From: Meiothermus sp.
Lineage (GTDB): Bacteria; Deinococcota; Deinococci; Deinococcales; Thermaceae
Assembly (NCBI GenBank): GCA_033762915.1
Contig: JANRLD010000100.1
Coordinates: forward strand, 1 to 54,099
Length of the DNA: 54,099 nucleotides
Direction of reading: 5' to 3'
Shown: positions 28,166-37,564 of the stretch, one piece after another
Layout: each line of letters begins with the position of its first letter
Numbering within the stretch: position 1 is the first letter of the stretch
The notes under the pieces: generated by a model
Database searches by the model: none
Seen by the model: the letters and a program-made list of their open reading frames with translations, nothing else
What the model was told of the DNA's origin: nothing
Program-made: the position numbers and the translations under genes

Positions 28166-30055
28166 GTGTGCGGAATTGCGGGACTCGTCTTTCGCCAAAC
28201 AGACCACCTGAACTGGGGTAGCGACGCCTTCAATCAGTTACACCACCGCGGCCCCGACGACCACGGCTGGCTCACCTACGGCGACTCGGCTGAGCGGGGC
28301 CGACAGCCCCTCGCTGGCTCGAGCCGCCTACTGCTGTTGCACCGCCGCCTCTCCATCCTCGACCTGTCCGAGGCCGGCTGGCAGCCCATGCAAAGCCCGG
28401 ACGGGCGACTGCATATCGCATTTAACGGCGAGATTTATAACTTCCTCGAGCTGCGCCAGGAACTCAAGCAGTTGGGCCACCGCTTCGCCTCTGACTCCGA
28501 CACCGAGGTGCTGCTGGCGGCCTGGGCCCAGTGGGGCACCGACTGCCTGAACCGCTTGGTGGGGATGTTTGCCTTCGCGCTGCTGGATGTGCAGGGGCAG
28601 ACCCTACACTTGGTGCGGGACTTTTTTGGCATCAAGCCGCTCTATTACGCGGCTTGGAACGATGGGCTGGCCTTCGCTTCGGAGATTCCGCCGCTGCTCG
28701 AGCTGCCCCAAGTTAGCCGCCGGGGCAACCCCGAGCGGCTCTTCAGCTACCTGCGCTTTGGCCTGACCGATAACGGCGGCGAAACCTTATTTGCCGACAT
28801 CCGGCAACTGCCTGCGGCCCACTACCTCAGGGTAGATCTGAAAACCCCCCAATCGGCCCAACCTAAGCGCTACTGGTCCCTTACGCTGCAAGCTCCGCTC
28901 GAGCTTTCCTTCCAGCAGGCTGCTGAGCAGGTGCGGGAAACCTTCCTAGAAAACGTGCGGCTGCACTTGCGCTCGGATGTTCCAGTGGGGGCAGCGCTGT
29001 CGGGCGGAATTGACTCCTCGGCCATCGTGATGGCGATGCGCCACCTCGAGCCTGACCTCGAGCTGCACACCTTCAGCTATATCCCCGAACAGGCCGATAT
29101 TTCCGAGGAACGCTGGATAGATTTGGTGGGTGGTGCAGCCAAAGCCCAGGTGCACAAGGTTCAGCCCACCGCCCAAGAACTGGTGGCCGACCTTGACCAT
29201 TTGGTTCGGGTTCAGGGGGAACCCTTTGGCAGCACCAGCATCTATGCCCAGCACCGGGTATTCGGTTTGGCCCGACAAGCCGGAATCAAGGTAATGCTAG
29301 ACGGACAAGGGGCCGACGAGCTGCTGGCGGGCTACTTTCCCCACTACAACCCCCACCGCTTGGTATCGCTACTCAAACAGGGCAGACTGTCCAAGGCCCT
29401 AGCAGCAGCCCGGCAGATGGGCGACAGCGAAGGGCTGAAGAAAGCCGCCCGCTTTTTCCTACCCGAGGCCCTAACCCGGCTGGCTCGAAGGCTGACCGGG
29501 AAAGAGTACCTGCCAGAATGGCTTAATGAACACTGGTTTGAGGCTCAAGGGGCCAACCTGACCCTCGAAGTTGGCTCTCGAGGGTCACAGGCCATGCGCG
29601 AGGAATTGCTCGACACCCTGACTCGAACCAGCGTGCCGATGTTGTTGCGCTACGAAGACCGCAACTCGATGGCCCACTCCATCGAGAGCCGAGTACCTTT
29701 CCTAACCCCCAAGCTGACCCAACTGCTGCTGAACCTACCGGAGGAGTACCTGATCGCCCCCGATGGAACCACCAAGTCGGTGTTCCGGGCAGCCATGCGC
29801 GGCATTGTGCCCGACGCAGTGCTGGATCGTAAGGATAAAATTGGGTTTCAGACCCCCGAGCAGCGCTGGCTCGAGACCCTGGCCCCTTGGGTGGAGGCGC
29901 ACTTGGGGGACTTGGGGGCGGTTCCGGCAATAAATCCGGCCCCGGCTCGAGCCGAGTGGCAGGCCATCCGCAGCGGACAGAAGCCTTTTAGCCCACGGGT
30001 CTGGCGTTGGATTAACGCGGCGGTATGGGCCAAATCCTTTAACCTGACTTGGTAG
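28166..30055 (+). CDS. asnB: Asparagine synthase-like glutamine amidotransferase (probably sugar amidation)
   Basis: N-terminal CGI, HRGPD, FNGEIYN, LSGGIDSS, GQGADE; embedded in the glycan operon. Confidence 0.92.
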   Translation: MCGIAGLVFRQTDHLNWGSDAFNQLHHRGPDDHGWLTYGDSAERGRQPLAGSSRLLLLHRRLSILDLSEAGWQPMQSPDGRLHIAFNGEIYNFLELRQELKQLGHRFASDSDTEVLLAAWAQWGTDCLNRLVGMFAFALLDVQGQTLHLVRDFFGIKPLYYAAWNDGLAFASEIPPLLELPQVSRRGNPERLFSYLRFGLTDNGGETLFADIRQLPAAHYLRVDLKTPQSAQPKRYWSLTLQAPLELSFQQAAEQVRETFLENVRLHLRSDVPVGAALSGGIDSSAIVMAMRHLEPDLELHTFSYIPEQADISEERWIDLVGGAAKAQVHKVQPTAQELVADLDHLVRVQGEPFGSTSIYAQHRVFGLARQAGIKVMLDGQGADELLAGYFPHYNPHRLVSLLKQGRLSKALAAARQMGDSEGLKKAARFFLPEALTRLARRLTGKEYLPEWLNEHWFEAQGANLTLEVGSRGSQAMREELLDTLTRTSVPMLLRYEDRNSMAHSIESRVPFLTPKLTQLLLNLPEEYLIAPDGTTKSVFRAAMRGIVPDAVLDRKDKIGFQTPEQRWLETLAPWVEAHLGDLGAVPAINPAPARAEWQAIRSGQKPFSPRVWRWINAAVWAKSFNLTW

Positions 30056-30060
30056 ACGTG

Positions 30061-31320
30061 ATGCGGATATTGATACTTTCCTATTTCTTCCCGCCCTACA
30101 ACACCATCGGGGCGGTACGGGTGGGCAAGCTGGCGAAATACTGGCACGAACGCGGCCACGAAGTGCGGGTGATTAGTGCAGAGAATCAACTCGAGCCACA
30201 GACCCTCGCCTTAGGCATCCCCCAACAACAAGTTACTTACTGCAAATGGGCCAACCTCAACTTCTGGGTGCGTTTGTTGTCTAGGGAAAAAGGTGATGCA
30301 CTCTCATCGGCCACCACCGACGAGCGCCAAGGGCTGCTATCTAAACTGGCCACTTTGTATCGCGCTACAGTGAATTTTCCCGATGGAAAAATCGGCTGGT
30401 ATCCTTATGCGTTGGATGCGAGTAACAAGCTGCTTGAGGGCTGGAAGCCCGACGTTATCTATGCCAGCGCCCATCCGCTGACCACCCTTTTAGTTGCTGA
30501 ACGTTTGGCCTCGAGGCATCGCATCCCTTGGTTTGCTGAGTTACGCGATTTGTGGACGCAAAACCACTACTACACCTATGGATTTCCACGCCGCGACCTC
30601 GAGACCCGGCTCGAGCGCCGCACCCTTTCACAGGCCAGCGGGCTGATTACTGTTTCCGAGCCATTGGCGGACAGCTTGAGAACATTTGGTCTACCGACCG
30701 AGACGATTCTCAATGGATTTGACCTCGAGGATTACCCCAAGCAAACGACTCCGCCAAACCCCAAGCTACAGATCATCTACACAGGCATAATTTACGCAGG
30801 CAAACGCGACCCCACTCCACTCTTTCAGGCCCTGCGGCAAATGGGTGAGCAAGCCAACGAGATAGAGGCTCATTTTTATGGTCGCAAGTTAGCGATGGTC
30901 GAGGCATTGGCCAAAGCTCAAGGAGTTGCGGGTAGTGTCCATGTACACGAGGCCGTGCCCTATCAGGAATCGCTACGGCTGCAAAAATCGGCTGATGCCT
31001 TGCTGCTGCTGACTTGGGATCACCCTTCAGAAAACGGGGTCTATACCGGGAAGCTGTTTGAGTACATTGGGGCATCGCGCCCCATCTTGACGCTAGGATC
31101 GCAGGATAGCGTGGCGGCCCGGCTGATTCTAAGCCGGGGATTGGGCCTGACTACTACGAACCCTGCCCAGATTGCCCAGTGGCTCACCCAACTGCTCGAG
31201 CAAAAGCGCAGTGGGGGTATTCCCGACTTGCCCGCCTCAGCCCAAAAAGGCTTGTCGCGGGTGGAGCAGTTTGAGCGGCTGGACGGCTTTATTGCCCAGC
31301 AACTGGGGGCCAAAGGATGA
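30061..31320 (+). CDS. Glycosyltransferase family 4
   Basis: YFFPP..GAVR, ELRDLW, ILNGFD, TGKLFEY motifs. Confidence 0.88.
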   Translation: MRILILSYFFPPYNTIGAVRVGKLAKYWHERGHEVRVISAENQLEPQTLALGIPQQQVTYCKWANLNFWVRLLSREKGDALSSATTDERQGLLSKLATLYRATVNFPDGKIGWYPYALDASNKLLEGWKPDVIYASAHPLTTLLVAERLASRHRIPWFAELRDLWTQNHYYTYGFPRRDLETRLERRTLSQASGLITVSEPLADSLRTFGLPTETILNGFDLEDYPKQTTPPNPKLQIIYTGIIYAGKRDPTPLFQALRQMGEQANEIEAHFYGRKLAMVEALAKAQGVAGSVHVHEAVPYQESLRLQKSADALLLLTWDHPSENGVYTGKLFEYIGASRPILTLGSQDSVAARLILSRGLGLTTTNPAQIAQWLTQLLEQKRSGGIPDLPASAQKGLSRVEQFERLDGFIAQQLGAKG

Positions 31321-32417
31321 AAGTCCTGACTGTAGTGGGGGCACGCCCGCAGTTCATCAAGGCTGCCACAGTCTCTCGGCTGCTGCAAGGGCACTCGAGC
31401 ATTCAAGAAATTCTGGTACACACCGGGCAGCACTACGACCCTAATATGTCGGCAGTGTTTTTTGAGGAGTTGGGCATCCCCGCGCCGCAGCACCACCTAG
31501 AGGTTGGTTCTGGATCGCACGGGACGCAAACCGGGAAGATGCTCGAGCGGCTCGAGCCGATTTTCCAAGAAGAGCAGCCTGACTGGGTAATGGTCTATGG
31601 CGACACCAACTCCACCTTAGCCGGGGGTTTGGCGGCCTCCAAACTACACATCCCGGTGGCTCATGTGGAAGCCGGGCTGCGCTCTTTCAACCGCCAAATG
31701 CCCGAGGAGGTGAACCGGGTACTGACCGATCACCTCTCAAGCCTGCTCTTTGCTCCTACTGCCACCGCCATGAGCAACCTCGAGCGCGAGGGCATCGGCG
31801 GTGATATGGTGCGCCAAGTGGGCGATGTGATGTACGACGCGGCACTGTATTTTGGACAGCGCGCCCAGAGTGAAAGTCACATCGTAGAAGTCCTCGAGCT
31901 TAAACCCAAACAGTTTGTGCTGGTGACCATACACCGCGCTGAAAACACCGACCAACCTGCCCGGCTTCAGGCCATTGCCGAGGGGCTGCTCAAGTTGAGC
32001 CAAACCTACCACTTGGTCTGGCCGGTACACCCCCGTACCCGGCGGGTTATGGAGGGTTTGGGGTTGCTCGAGGCGCTACAAGGCCATTTGCTGCTGACAG
32101 AGCCCGTGAGCTATCTAGACATGGTGCAGCTCGAGCAACAGGCACTGCTGATCCTCACCGATTCAGGTGGGGTGCAAAAAGAAGCCTATTTTCACCAAGT
32201 GCCCTGCCTCACGCTGCGGGCCGAGACCGAGTGGGTGGAGTTGGTGGAGTTGGGTTGGAACCGTTTGGTAGACCCGGCCCGGCCTTTCGATTTGCGAATC
32301 GAAGTACAGCGGGCACTCGAGCAAGACCGAGCTAACCCAGCCCAACCCTACGGCAGCGGGAATGCCGCAGCTCAGATTATGCAGGCGTTGCTACACGCTA
32401 GCCCAACAGGTAGGTAA
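31317..32417 (+). CDS. wecB: Non-hydrolysing UDP-N-acetylglucosamine 2-epimerase (WecB/WbpI-like)
   Basis: GARPQFIK, HTGQHYD, GDTNST, HVEAGLRS, TDSGGVQKEA. Confidence 0.95.
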   Translation: MKVLTVVGARPQFIKAATVSRLLQGHSSIQEILVHTGQHYDPNMSAVFFEELGIPAPQHHLEVGSGSHGTQTGKMLERLEPIFQEEQPDWVMVYGDTNSTLAGGLAASKLHIPVAHVEAGLRSFNRQMPEEVNRVLTDHLSSLLFAPTATAMSNLEREGIGGDMVRQVGDVMYDAALYFGQRAQSESHIVEVLELKPKQFVLVTIHRAENTDQPARLQAIAEGLLKLSQTYHLVWPVHPRTRRVMEGLGLLEALQGHLLLTEPVSYLDMVQLEQQALLILTDSGGVQKEAYFHQVPCLTLRAETEWVELVELGWNRLVDPARPFDLRIEVQRALEQDRANPAQPYGSGNAAAQIMQALLHASPTGR

Positions 32418-32429
32418 GACGATTTCGCT

Positions 32430-33353
32430 ATGAATCCCCTCCAGACCCATGTTGAAATCCTGTTGGCTACCTATAACGGGGCCAAGTATCTGGAGGCCCA
32501 GCTCGAGTCGCTGTTCAGCCAAACATTCCAGCACTGGCGCATCCTGGCCCGCGACGATGGCTCGAGCGACGGCACTGTAGAAATCCTGCGTGATTTTGTT
32601 GAACGCTACCCACAGCGCCTCGAGATTATCAAGGATGGTCAACTGGGGCTGGGGGCCAAAGGCAACTTTGCCCGATTGATGCAACACTCTCGTGCTCCAT
32701 ATGTGATGTTCTGCGACCAAGATGATATTTGGCTGCCCAACAAAATCGAGCAAACCCTCGGGGCAATGCTGACCCTCGAGGCCACTATAGGTCGACAGAC
32801 CCCAATCCTGGTATGTACCGACCTAGCCGTAGTGGACGGCAACCTTCAGGCCATCGCCCCCTCGCTGGCGGCCTATCAACACCTCGAGCCTGCCTCGGGC
32901 CAACCCTGGAAGAAATTGCTGGTACAAAACTTTGTGACGGGTTGTACGGTCATGATTAACCAGGCCCTATGCGAAAGAGCCATGCCCATACCGCCTGAGG
33001 CCAAGATGCACGACTGGTGGCTGGGGTTGGTGGCCGGGGTGTTTGGGCATCTCGAGTACATCCCCACCGCGACCCTCCTCTACCGACAGCATGGCAGCAA
33101 CGACACCGGGGCCGCTGCTTGGAACCTTGCCACCATCCGCCGTAAAGCCACCACCATCCAGCAGAGCATCCGATCTTCCCAGCAACAGGCCCGTGCCTTC
33201 CAACTGAGGTTTGGGGGACAGATCCCTCGAGTGATCCAAGAGTTTGCTGACCTCTCGGCCCACGGTTTTTTGTCACGGCGGCTGTGGCTGTGGCGCAATA
33301 GAGTGACCTACACCGGGCTGGCCCGCAACCTGGGCTTCTGGCTATTCGTATGA
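32430..33353 (+). CDS. Glycosyltransferase family 2 (rhamnosyltransferase-like)
   Basis: LLATYNG, RDDGSSDGT, FCDQDDIW, MHDWW, YRQH. Confidence 0.92.
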   Translation: MNPLQTHVEILLATYNGAKYLEAQLESLFSQTFQHWRILARDDGSSDGTVEILRDFVERYPQRLEIIKDGQLGLGAKGNFARLMQHSRAPYVMFCDQDDIWLPNKIEQTLGAMLTLEATIGRQTPILVCTDLAVVDGNLQAIAPSLAAYQHLEPASGQPWKKLLVQNFVTGCTVMINQALCERAMPIPPEAKMHDWWLGLVAGVFGHLEYIPTATLLYRQHGSNDTGAAAWNLATIRRKATTIQQSIRSSQQQARAFQLRFGGQIPRVIQEFADLSAHGFLSRRLWLWRNRVTYTGLARNLGFWLFV

Positions 33354-34276
33354 CCGTTTCCGTGATCCTCCCCACCTACCGGGCCGAGAAGTACCTCGAG
33401 CCCCTGCTCGAAGCCCTGCACTCCCAGACCCTGAGGCCCCTCGAGGTCATCGTCATCGATTCGTCCTCACCCGACCAGACAGCGCAGATCGCTCGAGACG
33501 CGGGGTGCATGGTCAAGGTGATCCCACAGTCCGAATTCAACCACGGTGCCACGCGCAACCTAGGGGCCCGGATGGCCACAGGCGAGGTTCTGGTCTTCAT
33601 GACCCAGGACGCGCTGCCCGCCCACGAGGGCTTTCTCGAGGCCCTGGTCTCCCCCATCCACAGCGGCACCGCCGCTGCCGCCTACGCCCGCCAACTCCCC
33701 TACCCCGAGGCCCCGCCGCCCGAGGTCTTCGCCCGGCACTTCAACTACCCCGCCCAGAGCCACCTGCAAACCCTCGAGGACGTGCCCCGCAAGGGGTTCA
33801 AGGCCTTCTTCTACTCCGACGTGGCCTCGGCGGTGCGGCGCGAGACCTTCTGGGAAATGGGGGGCTACCCGGACTGGGTGATCGTGGATGAGGACGTCTA
33901 CTTCTGCGCCAAGCTCCTGCGGAGCGGGCTCCGGGTCGCCTACCAGGCCGAGGCCCAGGTGTTTCACTCCCACCACTACCCCCTAGCGCAGCAGTTCCGG
34001 CGGATTTTCGACGTGGGGGTGTTCGTGGCCCAGGCGGGGGAGATGCTCGAGGGGGCCAAAGTGGGGGGCGAGGGATTAAGGTTTGTGTCGGCGCAGGTGC
34101 GCTACCTGGCCCGGCAGGGCGAGTGGGCCTGGATTCCCTACAGCGTGCTCGAGGCCGCCCTCAAGTTCGTGGCCTACCAAATGGGGGTGCGCCACCACGC
34201 CCTGCCGGGGAGGCTCAACCGCTACCTGAGCCAACAGAAGCAGCACTGGGCGCGGAAGGTTGTGACCAATTCGTAG
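33350..34276 (+). CDS. Glycosyltransferase family 2 (WbaN/RfbN-like rhamnosyltransferase)
   Basis: IDSSSPD, FNHGATRN, FMTQDA, YARQLP, VFHSH. Confidence 0.9.
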   Translation: MTVSVILPTYRAEKYLEPLLEALHSQTLRPLEVIVIDSSSPDQTAQIARDAGCMVKVIPQSEFNHGATRNLGARMATGEVLVFMTQDALPAHEGFLEALVSPIHSGTAAAAYARQLPYPEAPPPEVFARHFNYPAQSHLQTLEDVPRKGFKAFFYSDVASAVRRETFWEMGGYPDWVIVDEDVYFCAKLLRSGLRVAYQAEAQVFHSHHYPLAQQFRRIFDVGVFVAQAGEMLEGAKVGGEGLRFVSAQVRYLARQGEWAWIPYSVLEAALKFVAYQMGVRHHALPGRLNRYLSQQKQHWARKVVTNS

Positions 34277-34315
34277 GGCCGGGGGGCCGCGGGGGATATC
34301 CTGGAGGGTAGGCCC

Positions 34316-35755
34316 ATGAGCACCCGCCTCCCCACCGCCCCCTCGACGCGCTCGAGGCCCGCCGTCGCCAACCGGCCCTTGCTGACGGCAGGGGCACTGT
34401 TGCTGGGGGACGTGCTGACCTTGGCGTTCACGCTGGTCGGGGTGGTCTGGGTGCGCCTGATGCTGGGCGGGCAGTACGAGCTGAGCCTGTACTGGCAGCT
34501 CTGGCCGATCCTCCTGCTGTTCCCAGCGATCTTCGCCTTCCTGGGGCTGTACCCGGCGGTGGGGCTGAGCGTGCCCGAGGAGTTGCGGCGGATTTTCGCG
34601 GGCAACACCCTGGTGTTTTTGCTGCTGGGCTCGAGCAGCTTCCTGCTCCAGAACGCCGACGTGTTCTCGAGGGCTATCTTCCTGGTGGCCTGGGCGCTGA
34701 GCCTGCTCACCGTACCGCTGACCCGCGCCAGCCTGCGGCACTTCCTGGCCCGCCAGCCCTGGTGGGGTTACGCGGTGGTGGTGCTGGGGGCGGGCAAGAC
34801 CGGACAGGCAGTGGCCGAGGCCCTGCGCAACCAGCCGGGGTTGGGACTAAAGGCCGTGGCCTTTTTGGACGACGAGAAGCAGGGCCAGGTGGCCGGGCTG
34901 GAGGTGCTGGGGCGGCTCGAGATGGCCCCCAGACTGGTTAGGGAGTGGCGGGTGCGGCACGCAGTGCTGGCCATCCCCAGCGCCAGCCGCGAGCGCCTGC
35001 TACAGGTCATCGAGCAATACGGCAGCGCCTTTCCCCGTCTGATCTTGATCCCCAACCTGTTTGGCATGGCCAGCCTGTGGGTCTCGGCCACCGACGTGGG
35101 GGGGATGCTGGGCCTCGAGCTGCGCCACAACCTGCTGCAACCTTGGTCGCAGTTCCTGAAACGCTGCATAGACTACGCGGGCGTGCTGGCGGGCGGGCTG
35201 CTGTTGCTGCCGCTGCTGGGGCTGATCGCCCTGGCGATTAAGCTCGAGTCGCGTGGACCGGTGTTCTTTGCCCACAAGCGCATCGGCAAGAATGGGCAGA
35301 CCTTTAGGGCTTGGAAGTTCCGCACCATGGTACACAACGCCGATGAGGTGCTGCGCCAGACCCTCGAGACCAACCCCAACGCCAGGGCCGAGTGGGAGCG
35401 CGACCAGAAACTTAGAAACGACCCCCGCATAACCCAGCTGGGCCGCTGGCTTCGGCGCAGCAGCCTAGACGAATTGCCCCAGATTTGGAACGTGCTGCTG
35501 GGCGAGATGAGCCTGGTGGGGCCGCGCCCCATCGTGCAGGCCGAGGTGGAGCGCTACGGGGATCGCTTCGCCCTCTATACCCAAGTCTTGCCGGGAATCA
35601 CCGGGCTGTGGCAGGTCTCGGGCCGCAACGACACCGGCTACGCCGAGCGGGTATCCCTGGACACCTACTACGTCCGCAACTGGTCGCCCTGGCTCGACCT
35701 CTACCTGATCGCCCGCACCTTCTGGGCGGTGCTGTGGAGCAAAGGAGCTTATTAA
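34316..35755 (+). CDS. wbaP: Undecaprenyl-phosphate hexose-1-phosphate transferase (WbaP-like)
   Basis: N-terminal TMs, KFRTM, DPRIT, SLDELPQ..EMSLVGPRP, PGITGLWQVSGRN. Confidence 0.93.
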   Translation: MSTRLPTAPSTRSRPAVANRPLLTAGALLLGDVLTLAFTLVGVVWVRLMLGGQYELSLYWQLWPILLLFPAIFAFLGLYPAVGLSVPEELRRIFAGNTLVFLLLGSSSFLLQNADVFSRAIFLVAWALSLLTVPLTRASLRHFLARQPWWGYAVVVLGAGKTGQAVAEALRNQPGLGLKAVAFLDDEKQGQVAGLEVLGRLEMAPRLVREWRVRHAVLAIPSASRERLLQVIEQYGSAFPRLILIPNLFGMASLWVSATDVGGMLGLELRHNLLQPWSQFLKRCIDYAGVLAGGLLLLPLLGLIALAIKLESRGPVFFAHKRIGKNGQTFRAWKFRTMVHNADEVLRQTLETNPNARAEWERDQKLRNDPRITQLGRWLRRSSLDELPQIWNVLLGEMSLVGPRPIVQAEVERYGDRFALYTQVLPGITGLWQVSGRNDTGYAERVSLDTYYVRNWSPWLDLYLIARTFWAVLWSKGAY

Positions 35756-35757
35756 GC

Positions 35758-37170
35758 ATGGCCCGTATCCAACGCTGGTGGTGGCCCCTCTACGTCTTTC
35801 TCTACCCATTGCTGTTTATCCCCTGGGAACTTAACGTCCTCGAGTCCAACTACGCCGGACATGTGGCTTTGACCCTGTTGTTTCTGGGCGTCGGGGGCTT
35901 GATGGAGGGCCTCTCGCACCCCCACCTATCGGCGGGCAGTCTGCGCCACCTGCCCGGCCTGCTGTGGGCCTACAAGCCCGTCCTGGCCGGGCTGCTCCTG
36001 GGAATCTGGGCGGTTGTGGCGGCATTCTTCACCGCCGAGCCGACCTTCGCCCTGATGGGCACCCTGCCCAAGGACGGCGGCGGGGCGCTGCACATCCTGG
36101 CCCTGGCGCTGATGTTTGCCCTGATTGTGGTCCAGGCGTTGCGCGACCGCGGTCTGGTGGCCCGGCTGATCGGGGCGATGGTGCTGAGCGGAGCCGTGTT
36201 GGCGGGCCTGGGCGTCGTGGAGGCGGTGTTTAGACATGGCCTGATTTATCCGCTGGATGCCGGCCTGTTCCCCAGGGTGACGCTGCCCCAGCGCGGTCAC
36301 TACGCCGGGTTCCTTACCCTTTCGCTGGCTTTGGCGCTGGGGCTGTGGCTGCGCAACCCCAGGTGGGCAGGCGCGGTCATTCCCCTCACCGCCTTCGCCA
36401 TCGGACTGACCCTGACCCGCACGGCCATCTTCGCCGCGCTGCTGGCCGGGGCGGCCGGAGTGCTGTTCTCGAGGTTCTCCCGCAACTCCGTCCTGGCCCT
36501 GATCCTGGTGGCCTTGGGGCTTGGGGGCGGCATGAGGCTGATCGAAACCCTCAACACCACCCGATCGGACTCGAGTGCCCAAGTGCGCAAAGACTTTGCC
36601 GACGGCACCACCGGGGCCACCCGACTGATCTACTGGCAGACCGCCCTGCGCGGAATCATGGCCCAGCCTGTGTTTGGCTGGGGTGCGGGGGGGTTCGATT
36701 ATGTCTTCCCAAATTACATGACCCGCGAGGAGATCGAGAACTACCTTCGGCTCGAGCTGGGCTTCAAACAGTTTGTCGAGCTCATCAACACACCCGGTGC
36801 CCCGCCCATCTTTGTGGTTAAGGATCAAGAGGACAAAACCCAGCTTCACAGTTCCATCTTGTGGAAGTGTCACAACCAGTTTTTAGACCTGGGGCTGCGG
36901 CTGGGCTGGCCGGGCTTAATCCTGTACTTGCTGTTGTTGCTCAGCACCTGGCGCAGCTTATTGCAGCTGAAACCGGCGGCTCTGGCGCTGTGGGTTCATC
37001 ATGCTTTTCTGTTTTTCTGGTTCGTCCCCTTTCACACCGAGGGGGTGGTGTGGGTGCTGATGGCCTGCGCGGTGCTCGAGGGGATTAAGCAAAAGCAGGC
37101 CGCACGCCAAGATAAACCCGCTGCCCAGCCGGTTGCGGTGGGCCTGCCCCAACCCACCCGTAAGTATTAG
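35758..37170 (+). CDS. O-antigen ligase / O-oligosaccharyltransferase family membrane protein
   Basis: Multi-TM, T.TR.A, TRLIYW...PVFGWGAGGF, CHNQFL (Wzy_C-like); start at ATG 35758. Confidence 0.82.
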   Translation: MARIQRWWWPLYVFLYPLLFIPWELNVLESNYAGHVALTLLFLGVGGLMEGLSHPHLSAGSLRHLPGLLWAYKPVLAGLLLGIWAVVAAFFTAEPTFALMGTLPKDGGGALHILALALMFALIVVQALRDRGLVARLIGAMVLSGAVLAGLGVVEAVFRHGLIYPLDAGLFPRVTLPQRGHYAGFLTLSLALALGLWLRNPRWAGAVIPLTAFAIGLTLTRTAIFAALLAGAAGVLFSRFSRNSVLALILVALGLGGGMRLIETLNTTRSDSSAQVRKDFADGTTGATRLIYWQTALRGIMAQPVFGWGAGGFDYVFPNYMTREEIENYLRLELGFKQFVELINTPGAPPIFVVKDQEDKTQLHSSILWKCHNQFLDLGLRLGWPGLILYLLLLLSTWRSLLQLKPAALALWVHHAFLFFWFVPFHTEGVVWVLMACAVLEGIKQKQAARQDKPAAQPVAVGLPQPTRKY

Positions 37171-37242
37171 CCTTCTCGCAGAAGACACCGAACGCCAAGT
37201 ATATGCATCCTTGCAAGACGCCGCCCCCAAACGCCTGCAGAA

Positions 37243-37335
37243 TTGCGCCCCGGGTAGCCGCTGTGCGGCTATGGCGCACGCCACTCCCCCCCGGGTAGCT
37301 GCTGTGCGGCTATGGCGCAAGCCACTCCGCCCCGG
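37243..37335 (+). repeat. REP-like element B, two tandem 41-bp units
   Basis: gggtagccgctgtgcggctatggcgcacgccactcc at 37252 and a variant at 37293. Confidence 0.85.
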
Positions 37336-37456
37336 AACGCCTACGACGTTTCCCACAACTCAAATTTCGGTCAATGACTGACTGCGCCTCCTACATTTGT
37401 CCCGTACGTGCCGGGGCTGTTGTGCCGCTTTGCGGATAATCGGCACAAAAACAGAT

Positions 37457-37564
37457 CTAGAGCGGTTCCCACGAATACTCCCTACGGCGCTAAAGCGGGC
37501 GGTTTTTGCTGTAGGGAGTACATTACCTGCCGCCGCGAGGGAGGTAATGGTGGGAACCGCGATA
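37457..37564 (+). repeat. Element A, copy 3
   Basis: Perfect 11-bp TIR gcggttcccac/gtgggaaccgc; expanded inner hairpin. Confidence 0.85.

Noticed and set aside
37243..37335. Tandem 41-bp repeats as a mini CRISPR array (also at 40583)
   Set aside because: Units abut without unique spacers, only two per site, and no cas genes
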